Origin: Bacteroidota bacterium
GTDB lineage: Bacteria > Bacteroidota > Bacteroidia > Chitinophagales > JADIYW01
Length of the DNA: 64,000 bases
Direction: 5' to 3'
Assembly: GCA_016705125.1 (NCBI GenBank)
Contig: JADIYW010000002.1
Location: 147,981-211,980 of the forward strand
Shown here: positions 55,971 through 64,000 of the stretch, piece by piece
Numbering within the stretch: the stretch's first letter is position 1
How the letters are laid out: every line of letters begins with the position of its first letter
Notes under the pieces: model-generated
Told to the model about the DNA's origin: nothing
Seen by the model: only the letters and a program-made list of their open reading frames with translations
Database searches by the model: none
Position numbers and translations under genes: made by a program

Positions 55971-56603
55971 TTAGTGCGAATCTAAATCAACAAAATTATT
56001 TTCCGCTTGTAACCATTCTGCTTGTAAAAAAAATGGAATATTTTGTTGCTCACAAGCTCTTACAGTATGTCCAGTGCCACCGCCTTTTGGGTTTTCTAAA
56101 TTGATATAAAAAATAGCTGCTGTCGCGGGTAGAAATCCATTTGCCTTTGAGCCATAAACTTTCAATACATCACGTATCAAAAGTTTAGCATTTTCGGCAG
56201 CCCGATTTTTAATGCCTTTCATATAGCAATCTGTAAGGAATTTGTACGTTGGTGTTGCTTCTATGGTTTTGTCCACCAAAAACTGCAATTCATCCGTTGG
56301 TAAATCTTCCAAACTAATCATTCTTGCGTGTTGTATTAATCTCTTTTTTCCCATCCCTGTGGCTGGCAGTACATATTCTAATCTGGTAGGGTCTACTAGT
56401 GCTATACCTTTTGCAAATGCTTCATCGCTGCCAGTGGCATTGCCAGTTCTAAATATACACCTTGGATATTTTGTAGCTAATTGTTGTGCTAATGCAATTA
56501 ATTTTGGCGCATCGGATTCTGCCAATTTTCGCGTGCCTTCTAATAATATTATTTCATTAGAAGACGATGTAAGATTTACAGTAAATTCTTTAAAACTCAT
56601 CAT
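55971..56603 (-). CDS. SLOG-fold (DprA/YpsA-like Rossmannoid) protein, function unknown
   Basis: Start placed at ATG 56603, 4 nt after the AAA+ gene stop. The glycine-rich loop RTGNATGSDEAFAKG fits the GxAxGxDxxA type of DprA/YpsA, and there is a C-terminal GGTGHTVRACEQQNIPFF. By eye only. Confidence 0.5.
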   Translation of the reverse strand: MMSFKEFTVNLTSSSNEIILLEGTRKLAESDAPKLIALAQQLATKYPRCIFRTGNATGSDEAFAKGIALVDPTRLEYVLPATGMGKKRLIQHARMISLEDLPTDELQFLVDKTIEATPTYKFLTDCYMKGIKNRAAENAKLLIRDVLKVYGSKANGFLPATAAIFYINLENPKGGGTGHTVRACEQQNIPFFLQAEWLQAENNFVDLDSH

Positions 56604-56607
56604 AATT

Positions 56608-58281
56608 TTATTTTTTAAACCCAATACTATTCAGTAAATTTTTATTAAAATTTTCTTGTTTGCAAGTATCCTTGTACCAGTTTATATCTGGGTGTATGCC
56701 ATGTATAACTTGGTGCATTGTGGCTTTGCGTACTATGTTTTGTATTACACCACCGCTAAAATCATAGGCATTGGCAAGCTGTAGCAAATCTTCGTCATTC
56801 AATTGTTTTAATAATGAACGATATATTTTAAAACGGGTATCAATGGTTGGAATATTCAATTCCAATTTAAATAAAAAACGTCTATCAAAAGCATTATCAA
56901 TATTATCAATTAAGTTGGTTGTAGCCATCAAAATACCTTTAAAATCTTCCATTTCTTGTAGTATAATATTTTGAATTTCATTCTCTGTTTGTGCGGTATT
57001 TGATGAGCTGCTATCTTTACGTTTATTGATAACGCCATCTGCCTCATTAAAGAAAAGTATTGGAATATTATCTTGCGTTTTCATGTATTTATAATAGTCA
57101 TCAAAAAGTTTTTTTATTATTTTTTGCGATTCGCCAAACCACATACTTTTTAAATTACTTATATCTACTCTATAAATATTGCGTTGTGTTTGCTTTGCCA
57201 TCTGATAAACCGTTTCTGTTTTTCCTGTACCTGGTTTTCCATGAAGCAATATAGTTATACCACTTGGCATATTATTTTCTTTTAAACGATTGGATATGCA
57301 TTTAAATTTTTCTTCTTGTAGTAAGTTTTGTATAAAATCAATCGTTTTAAAATCATCGGTATTGTAAAAAAGAGATTTATCCTTAATTTCGTTTGCTAAA
57401 ATAATATTTTTCTCCCCTTTGTCTTTTGCGCTGCCAACGCAAATCATACTTGCATCATCACCAAACAAATACTCCGCACCATTTTTGGTGAGTTCAATGT
57501 CTACATCATTTCTCCAATTGTGTGGTTTTACTATTAATATTTCTAATTTGAAAAGCGTTGTTGTATTAAAGTCTCTTAAAATAGCTCTTTTTAAATCATG
57601 AAAATGGCTTCCCTTTTCCCAAAAAATTTCATCTAAAATAATATTTAAATTTATATCGTAATCTCCTTTATAATAACTAACCACAACATACAATAAAAAT
57701 AATTTAAGCTCAAAAGTTAGTTCTAACGATAATAATTTATTTGCAAAAAATATATGTTTATTGATTTCTAATAAATCAGTTATTTCTTCCCAAGCCTCAT
57801 CAAAACTTATTTCCTTTTCTACGTATTGATCCAACAATTTTTGGATTTCAGCAAGTAATGAAATATTAGAATCAATGGGTGCTTCTTTCTTTGGTTCGGT
57901 ATTATTTAAAATAGATTTTATAATGTCTTTTTTAAAAAGGTAGCTAAATTGTTCCCTTTTTAGTGTATGTCTATCATAGTTTAAGGCAATCAGTTTTTTC
58001 TGTAATAAAATACGTATTGATGGTTCGTGTTTAAGCAGTTCAATGGGAGTGCAATCTAAATGATAAGCTATATCTTTAATATCAAAACTACAACTATTTT
58101 CAAAGAACTTTGAAAACATAATGGCAAACATCAAAGCTTCTTCTGATGTGCAATTGTATTTATCTTTTACTGGTTTGCAAAGTTTTTTGATTTGCAAGGA
58201 ATCAAACGCTTCCAGTTTTTTATCTTTTGTTTGTTTAAATATTTCAATAATGGAGTGCAAAATAATGTTTTCTTTTTTCAT
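56608..58281 (-). CDS. AAA+ ATPase (classical AAA clade module) with a large uncharacterised N-terminal domain
   Basis: 557 aa with Walker A LLHGKPGTGKT, Walker B ILFFNEADG and second region of homology ATTNLIDNIDNAFDRRF. The first ~320 aa have no recognisable motif. Confidence 0.85.
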   Translation of the reverse strand: MKKENIILHSIIEIFKQTKDKKLEAFDSLQIKKLCKPVKDKYNCTSEEALMFAIMFSKFFENSCSFDIKDIAYHLDCTPIELLKHEPSIRILLQKKLIALNYDRHTLKREQFSYLFKKDIIKSILNNTEPKKEAPIDSNISLLAEIQKLLDQYVEKEISFDEAWEEITDLLEINKHIFFANKLLSLELTFELKLFLLYVVVSYYKGDYDINLNIILDEIFWEKGSHFHDLKRAILRDFNTTTLFKLEILIVKPHNWRNDVDIELTKNGAEYLFGDDASMICVGSAKDKGEKNIILANEIKDKSLFYNTDDFKTIDFIQNLLQEEKFKCISNRLKENNMPSGITILLHGKPGTGKTETVYQMAKQTQRNIYRVDISNLKSMWFGESQKIIKKLFDDYYKYMKTQDNIPILFFNEADGVINKRKDSSSSNTAQTENEIQNIILQEMEDFKGILMATTNLIDNIDNAFDRRFLFKLELNIPTIDTRFKIYRSLLKQLNDEDLLQLANAYDFSGGVIQNIVRKATMHQVIHGIHPDINWYKDTCKQENFNKNLLNSIGFKK

Positions 58282-58723
58282 AATGTATAGTGTTTTAGGA
58301 TTAAAAAATGCTTAAAATGTTAATGTTCATAATTAACAAGTAGAAAATAATCAAATGCTACGACAAAAAATGTCGTATATAATTAAATTAAAAAGACCTA
58401 TTGATCATTAGGTATTTTTAAACAGAATATAACTGTTTTGATATTGGTATCGCGACTTAATACAACTAATTCCCTTTGTTATAATGCAAAGATACAAAGC
58501 CAAACTGATAAAATCAAGTATACAAAATATTGACAATCAATCAATTGTGATTTTATAAAAAAAATAAAATCTGAAAACAACAAACTTTTAGTTTGCATAC
58601 TTTTTGAAGTAGCGTCGCCAACGCTTTTATAATGGCTCAATGCCAATTCTCTTGGGATGTTGTTGTTTTTTGTAAATTAAAAATTGAAAAAAAAGAAAAC
58701 AAAAATATCCTTTTTATAAAAAA

Positions 58724-60664
58724 TTAAACTGCTTTCGTTGTCCAGTGTTTCCAAATAATAACCATTGCCATAGTGTCTAATTGGCAATAATTAAGTAATT
58801 CTTGTTTTAATCTTTCTCTTCTGTTAGCATCTGTTTTGCCTTTGCCAAAGAGCATTTCCTGATAGGCACGCATGGCTCCGCTGCCTTCTTTCACGGTTTC
58901 ATAATTCTCAGCCGTTTCAAATTCTAATTCGTCCCAACGGTTTTTTAAGGTTTCGTACGGACTTAAAATATTTCCGTTTTCATCTTGCTTGAAATATTGT
59001 TTAAAGTAAGGAACATCGTGCAGGTATTTATTGAAATTCCAGGTTGCTGGTAAAGTCTTTTTAATAGACGTTCTGCCTTTCATGTATGGATGAAAATAAT
59101 GCTTTAGCGTGAGCGCATTCATATCAATTAATCTACCTAGTCTTGGATTCGCTTTTTTATCACTTTCTTTTGTAATATTAAACAACCAAGTTTTTAGTTT
59201 TTCATTTCTATAACCATTTACATAATTATCTGGATTTTCTAGTTGTTCTAAGATTTTTCTAAGTACAGTATTTTCATGAGTCGCCCACATTAATGGTGTT
59301 CCTGTTTCACCGATTTGTTTCATCAAGCTTTCTGCAAATCTAAAATTCGGGAAAGTCGTTTCTGTATTTATCCATTCTGAATGTATTGGAGCATCACCAA
59401 GCTTTTCGATGGCATGACAACTCCACTGAAACGCTATGGTTTCATAAGGTCGCATACCTTTGTGGTGCGGAATGGCGCATGTCAGCGTTTCAAAGTCTAT
59501 GAAATGCAAAGGATATTTCCAACCAGACAATTCATCGCTCAACTCTTCAGAAAAATATTCTGTTCCGTTTTTTGTGTTTTCATATTGTATAATTTGTCTT
59601 TCGTTTCTTGAACCAACTTCGCCTTTTGTCGTTACAAAATCTGTAATGTCGTAATCAAAAATGGATAATGCTTTTTCTGATTTTAGTTTGACATTAACCA
59701 ATGGTTCACTAGTTCCACCAATGGTGCCACCGTAATATAATTCTGAGATATGATTTTTTGTATATGCTCTTTTTCCTAAACATTGAAAGTAACCATCTTT
59801 GTTTTTGTCATCCGGATTTTTGAACTCACAGGCAAAACATTTTTTAGAAATTAAATCCTTAATTATTGGAGCTTCTTCTTTGTTTAAGTACCTAAGATAA
59901 AGTGCTGTTCTTTTTTTTATATCTTCCATCATCTTATCTACATCATCATTGACATTCAAAGTTTGCAGAATGCTCTTGTTATTTTCCCAAAGTTCTTTTT
60001 CCTTTCCTTGTTGAGTAAAAGTAACTTCAATGGAATTAAAATCACCTATTTTTATTCTATCCGTAATCTCAAACCAAGAAGCTAAATTTTCTATTTGTGT
60101 AGCATTAGATTTATTCGGCATTAATAAATTTGCTTCAACGGTAAAACTTGGAAATGATGTTTCATGCTCTTTTAAAAATTCGCTTAACACCAATTTTTGA
60201 TAAGCAACATCTTCAATGTATTCTTTTAATTTTTTCTTTTGAGTAGTGCTTTTATCTTCATCTTCCTCTACCGTTTCGTGCGATTTTGCTTTTACTTCTA
60301 ATATTTGAAAATGGTTGTTGGTTTTGATTAAAACATCAATTCTAATCAACATTTGCCCAGTAGAAATAGCCGGTTCAAACAAGATTATTTTCTCATTTTC
60401 AAAGAGTAATTTTTCTGTTTGTTCAATAGCTTGTTTTGAATTTCTATCTGATGTGATTTCTTTACACACATATCCATTTTCTCTAGCATATTGCTCATAC
60501 ATTACAGTAGCCATTTTACCAACTATGTAACCGCCTTCTGCTAATATTTGCAGGAATTCATTTTCTTCATTTGAATTAGGATATTTCGCTTTTTTATATA
60601 GCAGTTTCTGTGGACAATCAGAAGCTAATTTAAAGTCGGATTTGGAAAGTGTTGGATTAGCCAT
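58724..60664 (-). CDS. DUF2779-type protein: N-terminal PD-(D/E)xK (RecB/Cas4-like) nuclease plus C-terminal DEDD-like exonuclease fold
   Basis: 646 aa. The N-terminal LSKSDFKLASDCPQKLLYKK and RIDVLIK...ILEVKAKS give a D...E-x-K motif. There is a central Cys cluster (CFACEF...FQCLGK), then C-terminal HFIDFETL...IAFQWSCH and YCQLDT motifs. Confidence 0.7.
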   Translation of the reverse strand: MANPTLSKSDFKLASDCPQKLLYKKAKYPNSNEENEFLQILAEGGYIVGKMATVMYEQYARENGYVCKEITSDRNSKQAIEQTEKLLFENEKIILFEPAISTGQMLIRIDVLIKTNNHFQILEVKAKSHETVEEDEDKSTTQKKKLKEYIEDVAYQKLVLSEFLKEHETSFPSFTVEANLLMPNKSNATQIENLASWFEITDRIKIGDFNSIEVTFTQQGKEKELWENNKSILQTLNVNDDVDKMMEDIKKRTALYLRYLNKEEAPIIKDLISKKCFACEFKNPDDKNKDGYFQCLGKRAYTKNHISELYYGGTIGGTSEPLVNVKLKSEKALSIFDYDITDFVTTKGEVGSRNERQIIQYENTKNGTEYFSEELSDELSGWKYPLHFIDFETLTCAIPHHKGMRPYETIAFQWSCHAIEKLGDAPIHSEWINTETTFPNFRFAESLMKQIGETGTPLMWATHENTVLRKILEQLENPDNYVNGYRNEKLKTWLFNITKESDKKANPRLGRLIDMNALTLKHYFHPYMKGRTSIKKTLPATWNFNKYLHDVPYFKQYFKQDENGNILSPYETLKNRWDELEFETAENYETVKEGSGAMRAYQEMLFGKGKTDANRRERLKQELLNYCQLDTMAMVIIWKHWTTKAV

Positions 60665-61127
60665 TTTGTTGTTTTTGTTGTTGAGTTAAATAATATTTTT
60701 CTGCAGCGTTTAAATTTTCAATGCCACCTTTTAGATTTATTTTATCTAATATTTCATCGGTGTTGTAATGCAACAAATCTCCATAGGCTTGTATAAAAGC
60801 TTCATCTGTTACTGTTAAATTTTTTGAATTATTAAGCGCAGCTAAATAGGCAAATAAATTGTCGTTGTTATCATCTGCTTTAAAGGAATCTGCTTCTATG
60901 AGTTTGCTATTGGTAAGCAATGTTTGAAATGGAGCGATAATATAAATGCCAACTTCACATTCCTGTATTAATTCAATAATTGCGGAAGTAGCAGCATTTA
61001 AAAAAAGCAGTACAGCACCTTTGTCATCCAAAATAATTTTGTTGTAATGCTGCAAGGCAAGTTGCACATGAAACTCTCCGAGCTGTTTGCGTTTTGGATT
61101 ATTTAAGAATAGAATAAAATGGTGCAT
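60657..61127 (-). CDS. hypothetical protein, member of the mcrBC-DUF2779 operon
   Basis: 156-aa ORF, 8 nt after mcrC, overlapping the DUF2779 gene start by 8 nt. No motif recognised. Confidence 0.5.
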   Translation of the reverse strand: MHHFILFLNNPKRKQLGEFHVQLALQHYNKIILDDKGAVLLFLNAATSAIIELIQECEVGIYIIAPFQTLLTNSKLIEADSFKADDNNDNLFAYLAALNNSKNLTVTDEAFIQAYGDLLHYNTDEILDKINLKGGIENLNAAEKYYLTQQQKQQNG

Positions 61128-61135
61128 GTAATTTT

Positions 61136-62572
61136 TTATTTTTCAGTAGTTTGAATTTTAAATATCTCATCGAATTTTTTAAATAAATTAGCTTCTATGT
61201 TATTTACATTTTCGGATATTATTGGTAGGTTATAAGCATTAATTTTTATTGGCTTTTCTTTATTTTTATCAAAAAGATCTGTAATCTCAAAATTTGCTTC
61301 ATCTTTCATTTGTTCAGCACATTTAGGATAAAAAAGCATAAAATCTTTTACATCTTTTCTTATGGCGTAACTTGCCATTTGATACATGTCTAATTGCGAA
61401 ATTCCTTTCTTTTTGTTGTTTTTATCAAATGAATCTTGTTTTCTGATTTTATATTTTGTATCAATAATGTATTTAATATTTTTTACTTCACACTCTATAT
61501 CTGTTTTTAAACTAAAAACATTTTCTAAGTTTCCATTAATTACTGTAGTTGCTAATTTAATTTCACTATTTTGAGTAGTTAAATGTTTCTGGTTATTCTC
61601 AATTAAATAATTATCCAGCATTGTTGAGATAAAACCTTCAAATATTTTTTCCATTGGTAAAAGAAAACAAAAATTGTCTGAATTATAACTATCATTATTG
61701 AAGGTTTGCTGTTCCAATATCATTTTACACCAATAAAGAATTTCTTTGTATTCTGAAAATAAATCACTGATTTGTATGCGTTCTATTTCCTGTATGGTAC
61801 AAACACGATCTTCTACTTCATCCAGAATAAAAACGATATTATCGAGTTTTGAGATAGATGTATTTTTTGCTTTATGTTTCAAAACTCTAGTAACATATTT
61901 AATAACTTGATTTACTTTATTGTCATACACAAATGGCTCATATACACAGTCTATCTGGTGCCAGTTTCCGTTAGAAAGCCCATGATTTATATAAGCCGGA
62001 AAATTAATTCTACCTTTCGGCGATTGCAAAATTTCTTCCACTTCTTCGTAACGACTGAATGGTTTTTGGCTCACTGCATCTTCAATTAATGTGGCGATAT
62101 AATAAATCAAAAACTCTGGAAAATCTTCTATGGAAATATTATCTAAAGTAGTATTATTTACACGAGCAGGCAGCCAGTCACAATGTTTAAGCCAAAAGAA
62201 AATATGTTGCAACCAATTGTTTTTGTCTGTAGGTTGAATCTCTCCATTTTTTTTATAAAATATCTTTGGATATATTTCGATTATCTTTTCGCCATGTTGG
62301 ATGAACCCAATGTAATTATTTGGTTTTATTGACTTTCTGTCTAAAGAAACAAATCGTTGTTTAGATTTTTTGACATCACCAATTTCTTCCTCATCTTCAA
62401 CATTTTCTTCGGTTTCTTTGTTTATCTGATTATAAAAATTATTATCAGTTGGTTTTGAAATCAACGTATTCCAAACTGTTTCAAGTATAGTTTCTAATTC
62501 ATCTACATTACCTATTGTAATTGAGTCAATATTTTTGTGTTCAAATAATATTATGTGATTGCTTTCTGACAT
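61136..62572 (-). CDS. mcrC: McrC-like restriction endonuclease subunit
   Basis: 478 aa, immediately (2 nt) downstream of the McrB-like gene. The C-terminal nuclease core has IIDTKYK (the D-x-K of PD-(D/E)xK), as in McrC. Confidence 0.75.
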   Translation of the reverse strand: MSESNHIILFEHKNIDSITIGNVDELETILETVWNTLISKPTDNNFYNQINKETEENVEDEEEIGDVKKSKQRFVSLDRKSIKPNNYIGFIQHGEKIIEIYPKIFYKKNGEIQPTDKNNWLQHIFFWLKHCDWLPARVNNTTLDNISIEDFPEFLIYYIATLIEDAVSQKPFSRYEEVEEILQSPKGRINFPAYINHGLSNGNWHQIDCVYEPFVYDNKVNQVIKYVTRVLKHKAKNTSISKLDNIVFILDEVEDRVCTIQEIERIQISDLFSEYKEILYWCKMILEQQTFNNDSYNSDNFCFLLPMEKIFEGFISTMLDNYLIENNQKHLTTQNSEIKLATTVINGNLENVFSLKTDIECEVKNIKYIIDTKYKIRKQDSFDKNNKKKGISQLDMYQMASYAIRKDVKDFMLFYPKCAEQMKDEANFEITDLFDKNKEKPIKINAYNLPIISENVNNIEANLFKKFDEIFKIQTTEK

Positions 62573-62574
62573 TG

Positions 62575-64000
62575 TTAAGAATTAATTTGGTCTTCAGTTT
62601 TTGTTTCTTTAATATCACTTGATGTTGGTAACATTTTTCCAATAAACTCTTTAAATAAACCTTCTTTATCTTTAGGAATAACCTTGGTAACCAATTCCGT
62701 ATTGTTATTAAAATATTCCATCAATAAAGGAAAAACTTTGAGTTTCATTACTTTATCAGTATCCAAATCTTTCATAAAAAATGCATGTCCTATTTGGAAA
62801 TCAGCACTTTTGTTTCCTATTTTTTTATCTGTTATGTTTGTATTTATTGCTTTTAATAAATCAGCATCTTTAGGATTTAATCCATCAATATCGTATTTTG
62901 GTGGCATTGGTTCAAACTCAAATCTTCTTCTTAAAGCAATATCAATTAAGGCAATTGATTTATCAGCGGTGTTCATAGTGCCGATTAAATACAAGTTGGA
63001 AGGAACACCAAATGATTCGCCATTTGGTAAGCTAATAATCAATTCATTTTCTGCTCCAATTCTTTTGTCGTCTTCCAGCAAAGTAATTAGTTCTCCAAAT
63101 ACACGAGAAATATTTGCACGGTTGATTTCATCAATGATGAGTACATAATTCTTATCCAAATTATTGTAAGCCGTTTTACACATACGATAAAATATACCAT
63201 AGTTTTGTTTGAATGTTAGTTGAGCGTCATTAGCTATATTAGGTTTTAACCCAATTACAAAATCTTCATAAGTGTAGTTTTGATGAAAAGTTACAAATTC
63301 TATTTGGTTGGCATCTAGTGCAGTGTCATTGAAAGATAGTGTTTTATTGCCAGCAAATTCTTTATATTTTTCTACAATTTTTTCTCTATCTGTTTTTTCT
63401 TCATTGCTTGTAATCTTTTTATTGCTATTTGTATTTTCAATTATTTTAACAGCAAGTTCTATAGTATTGTACGTTTTACCAGTTCCTGGAGGACCGTATA
63501 GTATGGTGTTGAGTGCTTTTTTTAACTCAATTGAAATTATTTTTCCTTTTAAATTAACTGTATCTGAACTTAATTTACTAATATTATTTTCATATTCAAT
63601 TTTAACTTTATCACGTAATTGTATCCATTTTAATAAATCTGGTATAAAATCTTTATAATTTGGATTACTTATATCCATCAGTTTTATTATTATTAAATTC
63701 TTGTTTAAGCCATACTCTATCAATTTATCTTTGACTTCATTTGGATTTTTATGTCCGTTGCCAACATTCATTTTCCCATTTTCCAATAATGTAACTTGAT
63801 TCCCTTCCGAAATAAAATTATTGTCATCAACTGTATATTGTATTATGTGATTTTTCTTATCTCTAGGCTGTCTTCTTACCCAAATTTTATTTTCATTAGA
63901 ATCAAATTTAATTAAATATAGTATGTCTTCATTAGTTTTAAATGTGTAAATATTTTCTTGAATTTCAACAAGTATAAAATCCTTGATGTTAGTATTGAGC
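62575..64000 (-). CDS. mcrB: McrB-like AAA+ GTPase restriction subunit (5-prime end beyond the window)
   Basis: Walker A LYGPPGTGKT, Walker B LIIDEINRANISRVFGE and McrB signature GTMNTADKSIALIDIALRRRFEF. The frame upstream of the track start (TTG at 63786) stays open to position 64000, so the N-terminal DNA-binding region is truncated by the window edge. Confidence 0.85.
   Translation of the reverse strand, partial: LNTNIKDFILVEIQENIYTFKTNEDILYLIKFDSNENKIWVRRQPRDKKNHIIQYTVDDNNFISEGNQVTLLENGKMNVGNGHKNPNEVKDKLIEYGLNKNLIIIKLMDISNPNYKDFIPDLLKWIQLRDKVKIEYENNISKLSSDTVNLKGKIISIELKKALNTILYGPPGTGKTYNTIELAVKIIENTNSNKKITSNEEKTDREKIVEKYKEFAGNKTLSFNDTALDANQIEFVTFHQNYTYEDFVIGLKPNIANDAQLTFKQNYGIFYRMCKTAYNNLDKNYVLIIDEINRANISRVFGELITLLEDDKRIGAENELIISLPNGESFGVPSNLYLIGTMNTADKSIALIDIALRRRFEFEPMPPKYDIDGLNPKDADLLKAINTNITDKKIGNKSADFQIGHAFFMKDLDTDKVMKLKVFPLLMEYFNNNTELVTKVIPKDKEGLFKEFIGKMLPTSSDIKETKTEDQINS

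Noticed and set aside
555-63658. Numerous 60-155-aa track ORFs lying antisense inside long, well-supported genes. Examples: 555-740, 1207-1479, 5451-6396, 15721-16101, 20365-20682, 22340-22690, 28703-29405, 35204-38106, 53213-53840, 56242-56637, 62684-63148, 63308-63658.
   Set aside because: Each is fully nested opposite a gene with clear family motifs. Their composition (F/I/L/S/K-rich) is what AT-rich antisense strands give by chance, and none carries a recognisable motif.
1-64000. CRISPR arrays, rRNA and tRNA genes
   Set aside because: I found no regularly spaced 25-40-nt repeats, no rRNA-like conserved blocks and no cloverleaf/T-loop (GGTTCGAATCC-type) sequences in the intergenic regions by eye. 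This is a manual scan only, so tRNAscan-SE, Infernal or CRISPR tools would be needed for certainty.

Overview
AT-rich chromosomal window that reads as a Bacteroidota (Flavobacteriia-like) genome. This is inferred from content only: T9SS C-terminal sorting domains, a fused CcoN-CcoO oxidase subunit, a CarboxypepD_reg-type TonB-dependent receptor and TAnnTTTG-type promoter boxes. All domain calls are motif recognition by eye; no search was run.

Content from left to right:
1. A small accessory patch with an XRE regulator and a 0.9-kb two-gene cassette bracketed by a ~145-bp duplication of the 3-prime end of an SPFH gene.
2. Housekeeping genes: cdd, NUDIX, VOC and a histidine kinase.
3. A SulP transporter plus two different beta-carbonic anhydrases.
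4. A TonB-dependent receptor plus pirin.
5. A long minus-strand cbb3 oxidase cluster: Rrf2, Usp, CcoI, CBS, CcoS, CcoNO, CcoQ, CcoP, CcoG, FixH and a TauE-like protein. Two of these small genes (ccoS, ccoQ) fall below the ORF-track cutoff.
6. ADH, a MauE/DoxX-thioredoxin fusion, an M42 peptidase, an ArsC-family protein, prfB with its canonical +1 frameshift, a PASTA protein, T9SS cargo including a 1751-aa S8 protease, and tpx.
7. mutS2, vapBC and thrS-infC-rpmI-rplT. These carry five single-base frameshifts, every one at an A4 run where A5 restores the frame, which most likely reflects homopolymer error in the assembly.
8. A dipeptidase-amidase pair. The amidase 5-prime end is duplicated around a 2.4-kb insertion carrying an rve-type transposase and degraded cassettes.
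9. A DUF4139 protein and an acyltransferase split at an 11-nt homopolymer.
10. From 55.97 kb to the window end, a defence-type island that has replaced the 5-prime two thirds of msrA. It holds an AAA+ ATPase / SLOG-like two-gene module and a four-gene McrB-McrC-unknown-DUF2779 operon.

The AAA+/SLOG pair and the extended McrBC operon are my best candidates for an undescribed system. Two poly-G tracts (17+7 and 23 nt) in this AT-rich DNA also deserve a check. I saw no rRNA, tRNA or CRISPR array by eye, but this is not an exhaustive scan.
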